From an uncultured delta proteobacterium (GTDB lineage Bacteria > Desulfobacterota > RBG-13-43-22): a stretch of DNA of 64,000 nucleotides. Made by a program: the position numbers and the translations under genes. Shown here piece by piece: positions 1 to 9,932 of this stretch. The stretch is from assembly GCA_963743305.1 (NCBI GenBank), contig CAVUPH010000017.1, positions 75,073 through 139,072 of the forward strand, in the 5' to 3' direction. Each line of letters starts with the position of its first letter. Positions within the stretch are counted from its first letter, which is position 1. Below the pieces are notes generated by a model, which searched no databases, was not told the origin of the DNA, and was given only the letters and a program-made list of their open reading frames with translations.

Positions 1-984
1 GGGCCGGTGATTCCCGATGTGGCCAAGGCTAAGCTTGAATTTACCGCCCTGGGACGAATCCGGATTTATAGCGGGGTGGTGGACATGGGCCAGGGGAATA
101 GTTCGACCTATGCACAGATGGCCGGGGAGATTCTGGCCCAACCCCTTTCCCGGTTGGAGTTGGTCCTGCCGGACACCGCCAGAACGCTCCCCTGCGGATC
201 GGCCTCGGCCAGCCGCACGACCTACACCTTCGGGCAGGCCCTCATCGGCGCCGCCGTCCGGTTGAAGGAACGGCTTCTGGAAAAGGCGGCCGATTTCCTG
301 CACACCATGGATCTGGAAGCGTTGGAACTGGTCAGCGGCGGAGTCAGACACCGGCCCACGGGTTGGCTGGTACCCTTGGCCCAGTTGTCCCGGGAATTTT
401 CTCCGGAGGAGCGCTTCGTGGTCAATGAATTTCAAGCCCCGGTGGCCGCCGAGACGCCGACCCGGGACCCAGCCTTGAGGCTGCACGGGATCCCCCATCT
501 CATTTTTTCCCATGGGGTTCACCTGGCGGCCATCGAGGTTGATACCCTGACCGGGGCCATCGAGGTCCGAGACTATCTGGCGGTCAGCGATTGCGGGCGG
601 ATCGTCAACCCTCAGGTTTTTGAGCAACAGATCCAGGGCGGTATCGTGCAGGGGCTGGGGTACGCCCTGCTGGAAGAGTTTAAAGCGGAAAAGGGAAAGG
701 CGAAGACGACTACCCTGTCCACCTACCTTATTCCCACCGCCCTGGACTGTCCGGAGATGACTTCCCTGGCCGTGGAGATTCCGGAACCCACGGGCCCCTT
801 TGGACTCAAAGGCGCCGGGGAAATCGCCATTGACGGCCCGTTGCCCGCGGTGGCCAATGCCTTGGCCGAAGCCTGTGGGATCAGGATCAAGCAAACGCCG
901 CTGAACCCGGAGAGGGTGTTGGGGGCCCTGCGGGAGAAGGAAGAGGGAAGTGGGGAGATGGAAGAAGGAAGCAGAAAGTGGTAG
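1..984 (+). CDS. Xanthine dehydrogenase/aldehyde oxidoreductase family molybdopterin-binding large subunit, C-terminal part (5' end outside window)
   Basis: Motifs DMGQG, SASRTT, QIQGGIVQGLG and GPFGLKGAGE; followed by the 2Fe-2S and FAD subunits. Confidence 0.9.
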   Translation, partial: GPVIPDVAKAKLEFTALGRIRIYSGVVDMGQGNSSTYAQMAGEILAQPLSRLELVLPDTARTLPCGSASASRTTYTFGQALIGAAVRLKERLLEKAADFLHTMDLEALELVSGGVRHRPTGWLVPLAQLSREFSPEERFVVNEFQAPVAAETPTRDPALRLHGIPHLIFSHGVHLAAIEVDTLTGAIEVRDYLAVSDCGRIVNPQVFEQQIQGGIVQGLGYALLEEFKAEKGKAKTTTLSTYLIPTALDCPEMTSLAVEIPEPTGPFGLKGAGEIAIDGPLPAVANALAEACGIRIKQTPLNPERVLGALREKEEGSGEMEEGSRKW

Positions 985-1049
985 GACGCGATCGGTGAGC
1001 GCGCCGCCTCTTGGAGAGGGCAGAGGAGAGAAAAGAGTGATAAACAGTC

Positions 1050-1080
1050 CGTCATGGCGAGCGAAGCGAAGCAATCTCCC
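1050..1080 (+). repeat. Half copy of a CGTC-type REP-like palindrome (CGTCATGGCGAGCGAAGCGAAGCAATCTCC)
   Basis: The same core recurs at ~5525-5597, ~25031-25140 and ~57569-57670. Confidence 0.7.
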
Positions 1081-1098
1081 GGGTCGAACTTCTGAGAT

Positions 1099-1566
1099 AT
1101 GAAAATTAAGCTTTTCTTTACTCTAAATCAAAAACCCGTTGAACTGGAAACGAACAGTGACCGGCGGGTGGTGGATCTGCTGCGCGAAGAACTGGGCTTG
1201 ACCGGCACCAAGGAGGCCTGCGGATCCGGGGAGTGCGGGGCCTGCACCATTCTGCTGGACGGCGAAAGCCGGCTGGCCTGCCTGATGCTGGCCGCCCAAT
1301 TGGAAGGCCGATCCGTTATCACCATCGAGGGCCTGGGATCGGAGGCCAGGCCCCATCCCCTCCAGCAGGCCTTTGTAGCGCAAGGGGCTGTCCAGTGCGG
1401 CTATTGTACGCCGGGGATGATTCTGGCTTCCGAGGATCTGCTGGCGCGCAACCCCCACCCGAGCCGGCAGGAGATCCGGGAAGGGTTGAGCGGCAATCTC
1501 TGCCGCTGCACCGGCTACCAGAAGATTGTGGACGCCGTGGAAGCGGCCTCCCGGAAAGAGGATTGA
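1099..1566 (+). CDS. (2Fe-2S)-binding small subunit (CoxS/XdhC-like)
   Basis: GTKEACGSGECGAC, QCGYCTPG and GNLCRCTGY. Confidence 0.95.
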   Translation: MKIKLFFTLNQKPVELETNSDRRVVDLLREELGLTGTKEACGSGECGACTILLDGESRLACLMLAAQLEGRSVITIEGLGSEARPHPLQQAFVAQGAVQCGYCTPGMILASEDLLARNPHPSRQEIREGLSGNLCRCTGYQKIVDAVEAASRKED

Positions 1567-1570
1567 GGGG

Positions 1571-2476
1571 ATGCGTTCCGTTTTTCTTCCCCAAAAACTG
1601 GAGGAACTTTGGCCCCGGCTGGAAGATTGTTCCACGTCCCTGTATGCCGGGGGAACGGACCTGCTGGTCCGGCTCCGGGAAGGCGCCCTCAAAGCGGGAA
1701 ATCTGGTTTGTCTGGAGCGGCTGGCCGAACTTAAAAAAGTGGAAGACTTGGGCGATGCGGTCCGGATCGGGGCGGTCTGCACCCATACCCAACTGCTGGC
1801 CGATCCGCTCGTCCGGCGGCATTTCCCGATCCTCATCCGGGCGTTAAGGGTCTTGGGTTCCCCGCCCATCCGCCACCAAGGGACGATCGGGGGGAATATC
1901 GGGACCGCCTCACCGGCCGGGGACACCCTGGGACCTTTATATGCCCTGCGGGCGGAGGTGGAGCTCCGGACCCGGGAAACAGCCCGACGTTTGCCCATCG
2001 AGGATTTTATCCAGGGTCCGGGGCGAACCGTTATGCTGAGCGGAGAAATCATCACCGGGGTCCGGATTGTTAAATGCCCGGCTTTCAACCTCCACCATTA
2101 TGAAAAAGTGGGACAACGACGGGCCCTGGCCATCGCCATCGCCGGATTGGCGGTTTTGATGCGGGTCGGCGGGGATCAGACTATTGAAGAGGTCCGACTG
2201 GCCTGGGGGAGTGTCGGGCCGACGGTGGTTACTTCCGCCCCCGTGGAGGCCCTACTGCGGGGCCGGCCCCTAAGTCCGGAGGTCCTGCGGGAAGCCGCCG
2301 ATTTGGCTCGTCAAGTGGTGGCCCCCATCGATGATTTACGGGCCAGCGCCGACTACCGCCGGGAGGTGGCGGGTAATCTTCTGCGGCGCTTGCAGCTTTA
2401 TTCCCCTTCGGCTACCGAGCGGGAGGAGACGCTTTCCCTTAACCTTCTTCCCCGGCCGGGGGCGAGGGCGGAGTAA
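1571..2476 (+). CDS. FAD-binding medium subunit (CoxM/XdhB-like)
   Basis: AGGTDL, IRHQGTIGGN, ASPAGD and PIDDLRASADYRR; ATG at 1571 follows GAGGGG. Confidence 0.92.
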   Translation: MRSVFLPQKLEELWPRLEDCSTSLYAGGTDLLVRLREGALKAGNLVCLERLAELKKVEDLGDAVRIGAVCTHTQLLADPLVRRHFPILIRALRVLGSPPIRHQGTIGGNIGTASPAGDTLGPLYALRAEVELRTRETARRLPIEDFIQGPGRTVMLSGEIITGVRIVKCPAFNLHHYEKVGQRRALAIAIAGLAVLMRVGGDQTIEEVRLAWGSVGPTVVTSAPVEALLRGRPLSPEVLREAADLARQVVAPIDDLRASADYRREVAGNLLRRLQLYSPSATEREETLSLNLLPRPGARAE

Positions 2477-2487
2477 GGGGGGCCAGG

Positions 2488-3666
2488 ATGCCTACCTCAT
2501 CTCCGCTCTGGACGAAGAATTTTCTCTTCTTTAACGGGGCTGTCTTTCTGGCCTTCGCCAATCTGGCCGCTTTTTTTTACTTGGAAGAATATCTTCGTAC
2601 CCTGCCCATCGACCCCCGTTGGTTCGGACTGTTGATCGGCCTTTTTGCGGCGGTCTCGCTGGTCCTGCGTCCCTTCCTCAGCCTCCTGCTGCGTCCGGAC
2701 AACACGCGTCGGTGGATCTTCCTCAGCACCCTGGGGGTCATGGCCGCGTTGGCCGCCTATGGCTGGCCGAAGAGCTTTTCTTCCATGGGCCTCCTGCGGT
2801 TGTTTCACGGGGCAGCGCATGTGATTCTGGCCACGGCCCTGTTTACCGGTCTGGTGCAGCGCATCCCTCCCTCGAAAAGCGGGCAGGCTTTCGGGCTCAT
2901 TTCGATTGTCACGCTCCTTCCCTATGCCGTCATCCCTCCCTTTTTAAAGGCGCTTATGGGAACTTTGGGAGGCTATCCGCAGGTGTTGGCCTTTCTGGGG
3001 TTAACCATGGCCCTCATATTCCCCTTGGTTCTTCTTGACCGGGACCCGGTCCCAGGGGATGCCGGTCCCGAAAAAGCACGCCTGACCTCCAAAGAACTCC
3101 GGGAAAATTTTAAGGATTTGCGTATCGGGTTGATTCTTTCGGCCATGTTGTTATTCTATAGCGGGTATGCCGTCGTCTTCTTTTTTCTGGCCGGCTTTGC
3201 CCGAAAAGTGGGATTAGCTCAGGCCGGCTGGTTTTTCACCCTGTCCACCATCGGCGAGATCGGGATCCGGCTGGTGGGCTCTTCCGGGTTTGACCGCAGG
3301 AACAAGCGCGGCTTGGTGACCGGCGCATTGGTGGCGGTAGCCGCCGGCTATTTTTATTTGCCCCGGGTGACTACCGAGGGCTGGTTGTTCATTTTGGGCG
3401 GCTTTCTGGGATTGGGCTGGGGGGTGGCGATGCCCGTTTTGAATGCCTTGCTTTTTGATTGTTCCACCACGAGGCTGCGGGCCTTTAACACCAACCTGGG
3501 CCTGCAGATGTTCCAGACCGGATTTTTTGTCGGACCGCTTCTTGGGACTTTTATCTTGCAGCAGGGGGGGTATGAAGGGCTGTATTATTTCTGCGCAGTC
3601 CTGGTCGTGGGTTCCGCCGTTTTGATGTTCCGACTTCCGGAGAAAAAGGAGAATGAACGTGGCTGA
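2488..3666 (+). CDS. MFS transporter
   Basis: 392 aa with ~12 hydrophobic segments; LWTKNF start and LLRLFHG motif. Confidence 0.85.
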   Translation: MPTSSPLWTKNFLFFNGAVFLAFANLAAFFYLEEYLRTLPIDPRWFGLLIGLFAAVSLVLRPFLSLLLRPDNTRRWIFLSTLGVMAALAAYGWPKSFSSMGLLRLFHGAAHVILATALFTGLVQRIPPSKSGQAFGLISIVTLLPYAVIPPFLKALMGTLGGYPQVLAFLGLTMALIFPLVLLDRDPVPGDAGPEKARLTSKELRENFKDLRIGLILSAMLLFYSGYAVVFFFLAGFARKVGLAQAGWFFTLSTIGEIGIRLVGSSGFDRRNKRGLVTGALVAVAAGYFYLPRVTTEGWLFILGGFLGLGWGVAMPVLNALLFDCSTTRLRAFNTNLGLQMFQTGFFVGPLLGTFILQQGGYEGLYYFCAVLVVGSAVLMFRLPEKKENERG

Positions 3667-4687
3667 ATTAGTGATTGAACCCGATCAAACCTGGGAAGTG
3701 GACCAGTTTCGCCCCGAGGATGCCGAGGGCGTGGCCCGCTTGTTTCTTCAGGTCTACGGGGAAGGGTACCCCATCAGGACCTTTATCGATCCATCCCTTT
3801 TGATCGAGGAAAACGCCAGCCAGCGGACCATTTCGAGCGTGGCCCGTACCCCGAAGGGAGATATAGTCGGACATAATGCCATTTTTAACTCCGCGCCGTT
3901 CAAAGGTCTCTATGAATCCGGAGCGGGGGTGGTTCATCCCCTCTACCGCGGCGGGGCCGGAATCTTTGCGCAGATGGCCGCCCACGGACTGGACCTGGGG
4001 AAGAACAGATTCAAAATAGCGGGCTTGTTCGGCGAATCGGTCTGCAATCACGTCTTCTCCCAGCGGATGTGCGCCAAACTGGGAGCGGTGAACATGGCCG
4101 TGGAGGTGGACCTGATGCCGGCGGAGGCTTATTCCCGGGAGCAGAGCGCTCGGGGGCGGGTATCGTCGCTTTTGGATTTTATTTTTATCCAATCTCAGCC
4201 GCAGACGGTTTTTATACCGCGGGTTTATGGCGAGGCCCTTGATTTTATTTACGGAGGATTGACCGACGAACGGACCCGCCGACCGGCGACGACCCCAATT
4301 CCGGATGATTTAACAACCGAATTTAAAACGCAAATCTTTGATTTCGCCCAGGTGGCGCGACTTGCGGTTAAACAGGCGGGCGGGGATTTCGACCAAACGC
4401 TGGAAGGGATGGAAAAAAATTTTGAGGCCCAGGGCGTGGTTGTAATCCAGGTCTGGTTGAATCTGTCCTGGCCTTGGGTTGGTGAGGTGGTGGATCGATT
4501 GCGGGCCCGGGGATATTTTTTGGGAGGGCTGCTGCCCCGCTGGTTCGATTCCGACGGGTTGCTCATGCAAAAAATAGCCGCCAGCCCCGGCTGGGAGGAT
4601 ATGCAGATTTATCATGAGCGGGCCCAAAGGATCGCGGCCTTCGCCCGCACTGATTGGGAAGAAACCAAGGAGAAAGGTTATTCATGA
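3653..4687 (+). CDS. GNAT-like acetyltransferase-fold protein
   Basis: RPEDAEGVARLFLQVYG and VVHPLYRGG (acetyl-CoA-loop-like); overlaps both neighbours. Confidence 0.55.
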   Translation: MNVAELVIEPDQTWEVDQFRPEDAEGVARLFLQVYGEGYPIRTFIDPSLLIEENASQRTISSVARTPKGDIVGHNAIFNSAPFKGLYESGAGVVHPLYRGGAGIFAQMAAHGLDLGKNRFKIAGLFGESVCNHVFSQRMCAKLGAVNMAVEVDLMPAEAYSREQSARGRVSSLLDFIFIQSQPQTVFIPRVYGEALDFIYGGLTDERTRRPATTPIPDDLTTEFKTQIFDFAQVARLAVKQAGGDFDQTLEGMEKNFEAQGVVVIQVWLNLSWPWVGEVVDRLRARGYFLGGLLPRWFDSDGLLMQKIAASPGWEDMQIYHERAQRIAAFARTDWEETKEKGYS

Positions 4688-5025
4688 TGAACATTAAATC
4701 AAAAAAGGAAGAGGGTATTTTAACGGTTTCGGTTGACGGCAAAATTGATGGCGCCACTTCGCCTGAGCTGGAAAGCCAATTGAAGGACTGGCTGGATCAG
4801 GGGGAGACGAAGGTCATCCTGGACCTGCAGGAAGTCTACTACATCAGCAGCGCCGGTCTCCGAGTGGTCCTGATGGGGGCGAAACGCCTCCAAAACAAGG
4901 GCCGCCTGGTGCTGGCCGGCCTTAAACCCGAGGTGAAGGAAATCTTTGAAATGGCCGGGTTCGATACCATTCTGGATTTCTATGATCAGCCGGGAACGGC
5001 TAAAGAAATCCTGCTGCAAGGATAG
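4684..5025 (+). CDS. STAS-domain anti-sigma factor antagonist
   Basis: LDLQEVYYISSAGLRV with the phosphorylatable Ser; ATGA overlap with the upstream stop. Confidence 0.9.
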   Translation: MMNIKSKKEEGILTVSVDGKIDGATSPELESQLKDWLDQGETKVILDLQEVYYISSAGLRVVLMGAKRLQNKGRLVLAGLKPEVKEIFEMAGFDTILDFYDQPGTAKEILLQG

Positions 5026-5445
5026 TTGGGGGCGGACGTGCGGAGAACCTGGCCGGCGGTCCCGGATTCGGTGCCTGAAATCTGTCAATGGGTTTATGAC
5101 GCGGCCCAGAGAGCGGGTTTCCCCGAACAGGAGGCCGAGCGCTGGGAGTTGGCCGTGGAAGAAGTGGCCATCAATATTGTTCATTACGCCTACGGGAACG
5201 GCCCGGTGGGAACGATTGAGCTGGAAGCCGGCTTCTCAACCTCTGGAATGACCGTTCAAATCTCGGATACCGGCCTATCCTTCAACCCGCTGGCGGCCCC
5301 GGAACCCAAAATCGGGGCCGCCCTGGAAGAGAGGGAAATCGGGGGACTGGGAATCTACCTGGCGCGGAAGGTGGTGGACCGGATCCACTATGAGCGGCGG
5401 GACGGGAAAAATATCCTGACCCTGAGCAAACAACTTCCCCTTTAA
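5026..5445 (+). CDS. RsbW-like anti-sigma factor / Ser kinase (HATPase_c)
   Basis: LAVEEVAINIVHYAY, ISDTG and GGLGIYL; the TTG start is uncertain. Confidence 0.88.
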   Translation: MGADVRRTWPAVPDSVPEICQWVYDAAQRAGFPEQEAERWELAVEEVAINIVHYAYGNGPVGTIELEAGFSTSGMTVQISDTGLSFNPLAAPEPKIGAALEEREIGGLGIYLARKVVDRIHYERRDGKNILTLSKQLPL

Positions 5446-5524
5446 TGTTTATGTAAAAAGATCTTGTTCTATCACACTAACCCCCATGCCTGCCTAAGCG
5501 GGCACCCACGAAGCATGAAAATAT

Positions 5525-5597
5525 AAGCAATCTCCCGAAAGCTTTTAGCATCACCCCAGCTTGTCCGAGGGATTGCTTCGCTTCGCTCGCAATGACA
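5525..5597 (-). repeat. CGTC-type REP-like palindromic element
   Basis: AAGCAATCTCC...GGGATTGCTTCGCTTCGCTCGCAATGAC inverted arms. Confidence 0.7.
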
Positions 5598-5627
5598 GAC
5601 TATTTGAAAACGAAAAAGAGAATCGAG

Positions 5628-6524
5628 ATGGAGGATCGAATTCCAGAAGTCTACGGACTGGGCCAGTGTTCGCTGGATTATATCGGGAAGATTTCTGGCT
5701 ATCCCCCGGCGGACAGCAAGTGTGAATTTACCGGATTGGCGGTTCAAGGCGGAGGGCCGGTGGCCACGGCCCTGGCCGCCCTCTCCCGCTGGGGGATACT
5801 CTGTACCTTTGCCGGGGTGATCGGGGATGACCCTTTTGGCAAGCAGATCCGGGCCGGTCTGGAAAGGGAAGGGATCGACCTTCAGGGGTTGTTGATCCGG
5901 AAAGGGTTCGAGTCCCAGTTCGCTTTTATAGCCGCCGAGTCCGGGTTGGGGAGGCGGACGATTTTCTGGCAAAGACCCACCGGTCCGCCGCCCGCTCCCG
6001 AAGAACTGGATTTTGATTTGATCCGCCGGGCGAAGGTCTTTCACACGGACGGCTTGTTTCCTGAAGCCTCCCTGGCGGCGGCCAAAGCGGCCCGGGAGGC
6101 CGGGGTGCCGGTGATCGTGGACGCCGGATCGCTCCGGGAAGGGATGCTGGATTTGGCCCGTCTAAGCGATTATTTCATTGCCTCATCCGCCTTTGCCCGT
6201 TCCCTGGCAGGGAAGGGTGACCCCTTGGCGGCCTGTCGGGAAATAGCCGCCGTATGTCCCGGTTTGGTTGGGCTCACTTTGGGGAAAGAGGGTTACCTGG
6301 CCCTGGATCGTGGCCGAGTGATCCGCCGCCCGGCTTATCCGGTGGAGGCGGTGGACACCACCGGTTGCGGAGATGTGTTCCATGCCGGGTTTATTTATGG
6401 GGTGCTTAAGAGTTGGACCGTGGACCAAAGCCTGGATTGGGGGGCCTGGGCCGCCTCACGGGTGAGCCTGAAGCTTGGCGGACGGGCCGGGATACCGCCA
6501 TTGCCCGAGTGGGTTAACCAATAA
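5628..6524 (+). CDS. PfkB/ribokinase family sugar kinase
   Basis: GGGPVATAL and VDTTGCGDVFHAG signatures. Confidence 0.92.
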   Translation: MEDRIPEVYGLGQCSLDYIGKISGYPPADSKCEFTGLAVQGGGPVATALAALSRWGILCTFAGVIGDDPFGKQIRAGLEREGIDLQGLLIRKGFESQFAFIAAESGLGRRTIFWQRPTGPPPAPEELDFDLIRRAKVFHTDGLFPEASLAAAKAAREAGVPVIVDAGSLREGMLDLARLSDYFIASSAFARSLAGKGDPLAACREIAAVCPGLVGLTLGKEGYLALDRGRVIRRPAYPVEAVDTTGCGDVFHAGFIYGVLKSWTVDQSLDWGAWAASRVSLKLGGRAGIPPLPEWVNQ

Positions 6525-6626
6525 AAATGAGCGAGATTATTCATTTCACAGGGAATAAATCTGCTTGCCCCTAAAGATGGAATGCGATACAATCTTTTAG
6601 ATATAGATACAAGGAGATGAAATACG

Positions 6627-6866
6627 ATGCCCCTTAGCTTAAGAATCAATCCAGACAAGGAAGAAATCATCCGCAAAGCGGCGGCCAAAAAAGGCAAAAG
6701 CAAGACCTCTTTTATTTTAGAAGCCGTGGATGAAAAGCTGGGTCTGCATAAATCCCGGGAACAGGTTGTCCGGGAGCTGGCCGGCTGGATGACCCATGAA
6801 GAGGCTGAGGATTTGCGCCGGACAACCGAAGTCTTTCAGCGGGTTAGCAAAGGGGATTGGGATTGA
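6627..6866 (+). CDS. Ribbon-helix-helix antitoxin (VapB/DUF1778-like)
   Basis: LSLRI..EEIIRKAA..KSKTSFILEAV RHH pattern; AAGGAG RBS; overlaps the PIN gene. Confidence 0.75.
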   Translation: MPLSLRINPDKEEIIRKAAAKKGKSKTSFILEAVDEKLGLHKSREQVVRELAGWMTHEEAEDLRRTTEVFQRVSKGDWD

Positions 6867-7261
6867 AATTAGTCCTGGATACCAATAGTTACTCGGATTA
6901 TGCGGAGGGCCTGACCGAAGTAGTGGAGGCGATCGTACAGTACGGCCAATCCCTTTATCTTCCGGCCATAGTCTTGGGAGAACTGACGTATGGTTTTTTA
7001 AAAAGCAGCCGCCAGGACTATTGCGAAAAAAAAATAAGGCAATTCATCAATAGACTGCAGGTTGAGATTATCTCGGTGGATGATGATGTGGCCCGTAAAT
7101 ATGGTTTGATCTATTTGGCACTTCAGAAAAAGGGGGCCAAGATTCCGATTAATGATGTCTGGATCGCTGCCTGCTGCATGGCGGTTGGCGGTGTGCTCCT
7201 GACCCGAGACCGTCACTTCCAGCGGATTGAACAGATAGAAACCATTTTTTTGGATTATTGA
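6863..7261 (+). CDS. vapC: PIN-domain toxin
   Basis: LVLDTN, LGEL and IPINDVWIAA..LLTRDRHF. Confidence 0.9.
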   Translation: MKLVLDTNSYSDYAEGLTEVVEAIVQYGQSLYLPAIVLGELTYGFLKSSRQDYCEKKIRQFINRLQVEIISVDDDVARKYGLIYLALQKKGAKIPINDVWIAACCMAVGGVLLTRDRHFQRIEQIETIFLDY

Positions 7262-7286
7262 TAAAAAGGATTAATAGGAGGTAACG

Positions 7287-7613
7287 ATGCGAAAACGAAT
7301 TCGGAAAAAATTATGCTTGGGTGAATTTCAGGAGTATGGGTTTGAAGTGCAGTTTCGTCTTCCGCCCGACTCAAGCGATCAGGACCAGGAGGCTTTTTTC
7401 AACGCCTTCTGGGACGAGGCCATCGATGGCCAGGGCTTAATATTCGACGGCGGTTGCGGCACGGACTGGGATATCTTTATCACCCTGGCCGACCGCGGCT
7501 CGGCCAAAGAAAGCCACCGGAAGCTGGTCGAGGATTGGCTGCGGAATTCTCCCTTGGTTTCGGAAATTAAGGATCGGACCCCTGGTCGATGCCTGGAATT
7601 AATCGGAACTTGA
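7287..7613 (+). CDS. yggL: YggL family protein (probable +1 indel near 7571; the other frame ends IGPLVDAWN*)
   Basis: RKRIRKKLCLGEFQEYGF N-terminus; AGGAGG RBS. Confidence 0.75.
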   Translation: MRKRIRKKLCLGEFQEYGFEVQFRLPPDSSDQDQEAFFNAFWDEAIDGQGLIFDGGCGTDWDIFITLADRGSAKESHRKLVEDWLRNSPLVSEIKDRTPGRCLELIGT

Positions 7614-7792
7614 TATGTTTTAATTCTATCTGTCGTAATCCCGATCGGTTATTTTTATTCCTTTTTTTCTAGAGCTTCAACCATATTGAAAAGGCCACTG
7701 TTCGTTTCGCCACCGGAGGAATATGCAAAAAATGCATATTGCTTTCTCCATAAGGAAAGAGGCGCGAAGTTAAAAATGGCAGAGCAGGGCAC

Positions 7793-9932
7793 ATGACCGA
7801 CGGTTTCAAAGACATCGAAAAGCTCGAGACCGCTCTTTGGGAGGCGGCGGACAACCTGCGGGCCAATTCCAAGCTCACTTCCAGCGACTACTTCATGCCG
7901 GTCTTGGGAGTGATCTTCCTCCGTCACGCCGCCAACCGTTTCGAGGAGGCCAGACGACAGATCGAGGAGGATCAGGCGGCCGGCCGGATGCCCAAACGAA
8001 AAGTGGTGCCGGCCGATTATCTGCGCCGCCGCGCCCTCTGGCTCCCTGAGACCGCCCGTTATGACCGGATCATGGAGCAGGCCGCCGTCGGCGGCAGCGA
8101 CCTTCCCGGCCTGGTGTCCGAAGCTATGACCGCCATCGAGGAGGCCTTCGAGCCGCTGCAGGGTGTCCTTCCCAAAGATTACGGAATCTTCGAGCCCAAG
8201 GTGCTGGAAGACCTGATGCGGCTCTTCAATAGCGAGCAGATCAAACAGGCCACCGGCGACGTCTTCGGCCGCATCTATGAATACTTCCTGGCCAAGTTTT
8301 CCGTCCAGAAAGCCCACGACAACGGGGAGTTCTTCACTCCCTCCTCCCTGGTCCAGACCATTGTCAATGTCATCGAGCCCGATCACGGCATTGTCTTCGA
8401 CCTGGCCTGCGGCTCGGGCGGCATGTTCGTCCAGTCCAGCCACTTCATCGAACAGGAGGGCGGCGATACGGCCAAGAAGGTGGTCTTTTATGGCCAGGAG
8501 AAGAACCGCGACACCATCCGCATCGCCCAGATGAACCTGGCCGTCCACGGGTTGGAAGGCAAGATTGCCGAGGCAATCACCTATTACCAGGACGAGTATG
8601 CCCTGGCCGGCAAATGTGATTTCGTGATGGCCAATCCGCCTTTCAACGTCGATCTGGTGGATGCCGAACGGATCAAGATCGACCCGCGCCTCCCTTTCGG
8701 GCTCCCGGGGGTGAACAAGCAGAAGAAGGTCTCCAACGGGAACTATCTCTGGATTTCCTATTTCTGGAGCTACCTGAACGAAAAGGGCCGGGCTGGTTTC
8801 GTCATGTCTTCCCAGGCCTCCAGCGCCGGGCACGGCGAGAAAGAAGTCCGACGAAAGATCGTCGAGACCGGGGATGTGGACGTGATGATTTCCATCCGCT
8901 CCAATTTCTTTTATACCCGATCCGTCCCCTGCGAACTCTGGTTTTTCGACCGGACCAAACCCCCCGAGCGACGGGACAAAGTGCTGATGCTCGATGCCCG
9001 AAACATTTACCGCAAAGTTACCCGCAAGATTAACGATTTTTCCCCGGAACAGATGCGCAACCTTTCGGCCATCGTCTGGCTTTATCGGGGGCAATCGGAT
9101 CGTTTCCTGTCTCTAGTAAGAAATTACTTGCATTCAGTGTGCGAGGAAGGCGCAGCCATTCCGGAAAAGCTGGCTATCTTCGAAAAGACACTAACTGAAT
9201 TGCGCCAGCGTTTTGTGACGCTCGAAAAAACCGTTGCTGAGGTCTGAATAAATCGAAGATGAAAAGAAAAAGTCCCTGGCCGAAGCCGGTACGGAACTCA
9301 ACGAAACCGGAAAATCCTACAAAATCGACAGGGACAACCTGCTGACCGACCTTGGGGGTTTCCTGAAACGATTCGCCTCATCATTGCCGGAAAAAAATGA
9401 TCCCCAACACAGAGCTCGCCGGATGTTCGAACCGACTGCCGAACGGATCAAGGGGCTTATCAAGCAAGTGGACTTGCTCTACAAGTTGGCCGCCCAGGTG
9501 GCCAACCTGGGAGCGGAATTCTCCCTCACCCCCGGGAACGGGGGAGAGCGGGGTGAGGGGGCGCCTTATGAACGCCGCGCTACGGGCAGGCTGGTAAAAC
9601 AGCTCGATGGAGAGCGCAAAGCAGCCGTTGAACAGCTCAAAAGGGCCGTTTACTTCCATAGACAGGTGATCTGGCTGCAGGATCGTTTCCCCAAGGCCGA
9701 ACTGGAGGCCGTACTGGGGCTGGTGAAGCTGGTGGATGTCAAGGAAATCGAAGCGGCCGATTGGAGCCTCACTCCCGGCCGCTACGTCGGCGTTTCTCCG
9801 CCCGAGGAAGACGAGGACTTCGACTTCGAACAGACCCTGCGGGATATTCATACCGAGTTGGCCGACCTCAACAAGGAGGCAGGAGAATTGGCGGCGAAGA
9901 TTCAGGAGAACTTCGAGGAGTTGGGGATATGA
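7793..9932 (+). CDS. hsdM: Type I R-M methyltransferase subunit (frameshift at ~9247)
   Basis: LWEAADNLR, GEFFTP, DLACGSGG and ANPPFN; C-terminal WSLTPGRYVG in a second frame. Confidence 0.92.

Noticed and set aside
7655-9094. Long antisense ORFs (also 1123-2088, 20370-21371, 40610-41638, 32727-33617)
   Set aside because: Shadow frames opposite well-supported genes in GC-rich DNA, with no motifs.
9245-9251. TGA ending the first hsdM ORF as a possible Sec codon
   Set aside because: The continuation is in a different frame and no SECIS-like hairpin follows; it is an indel.
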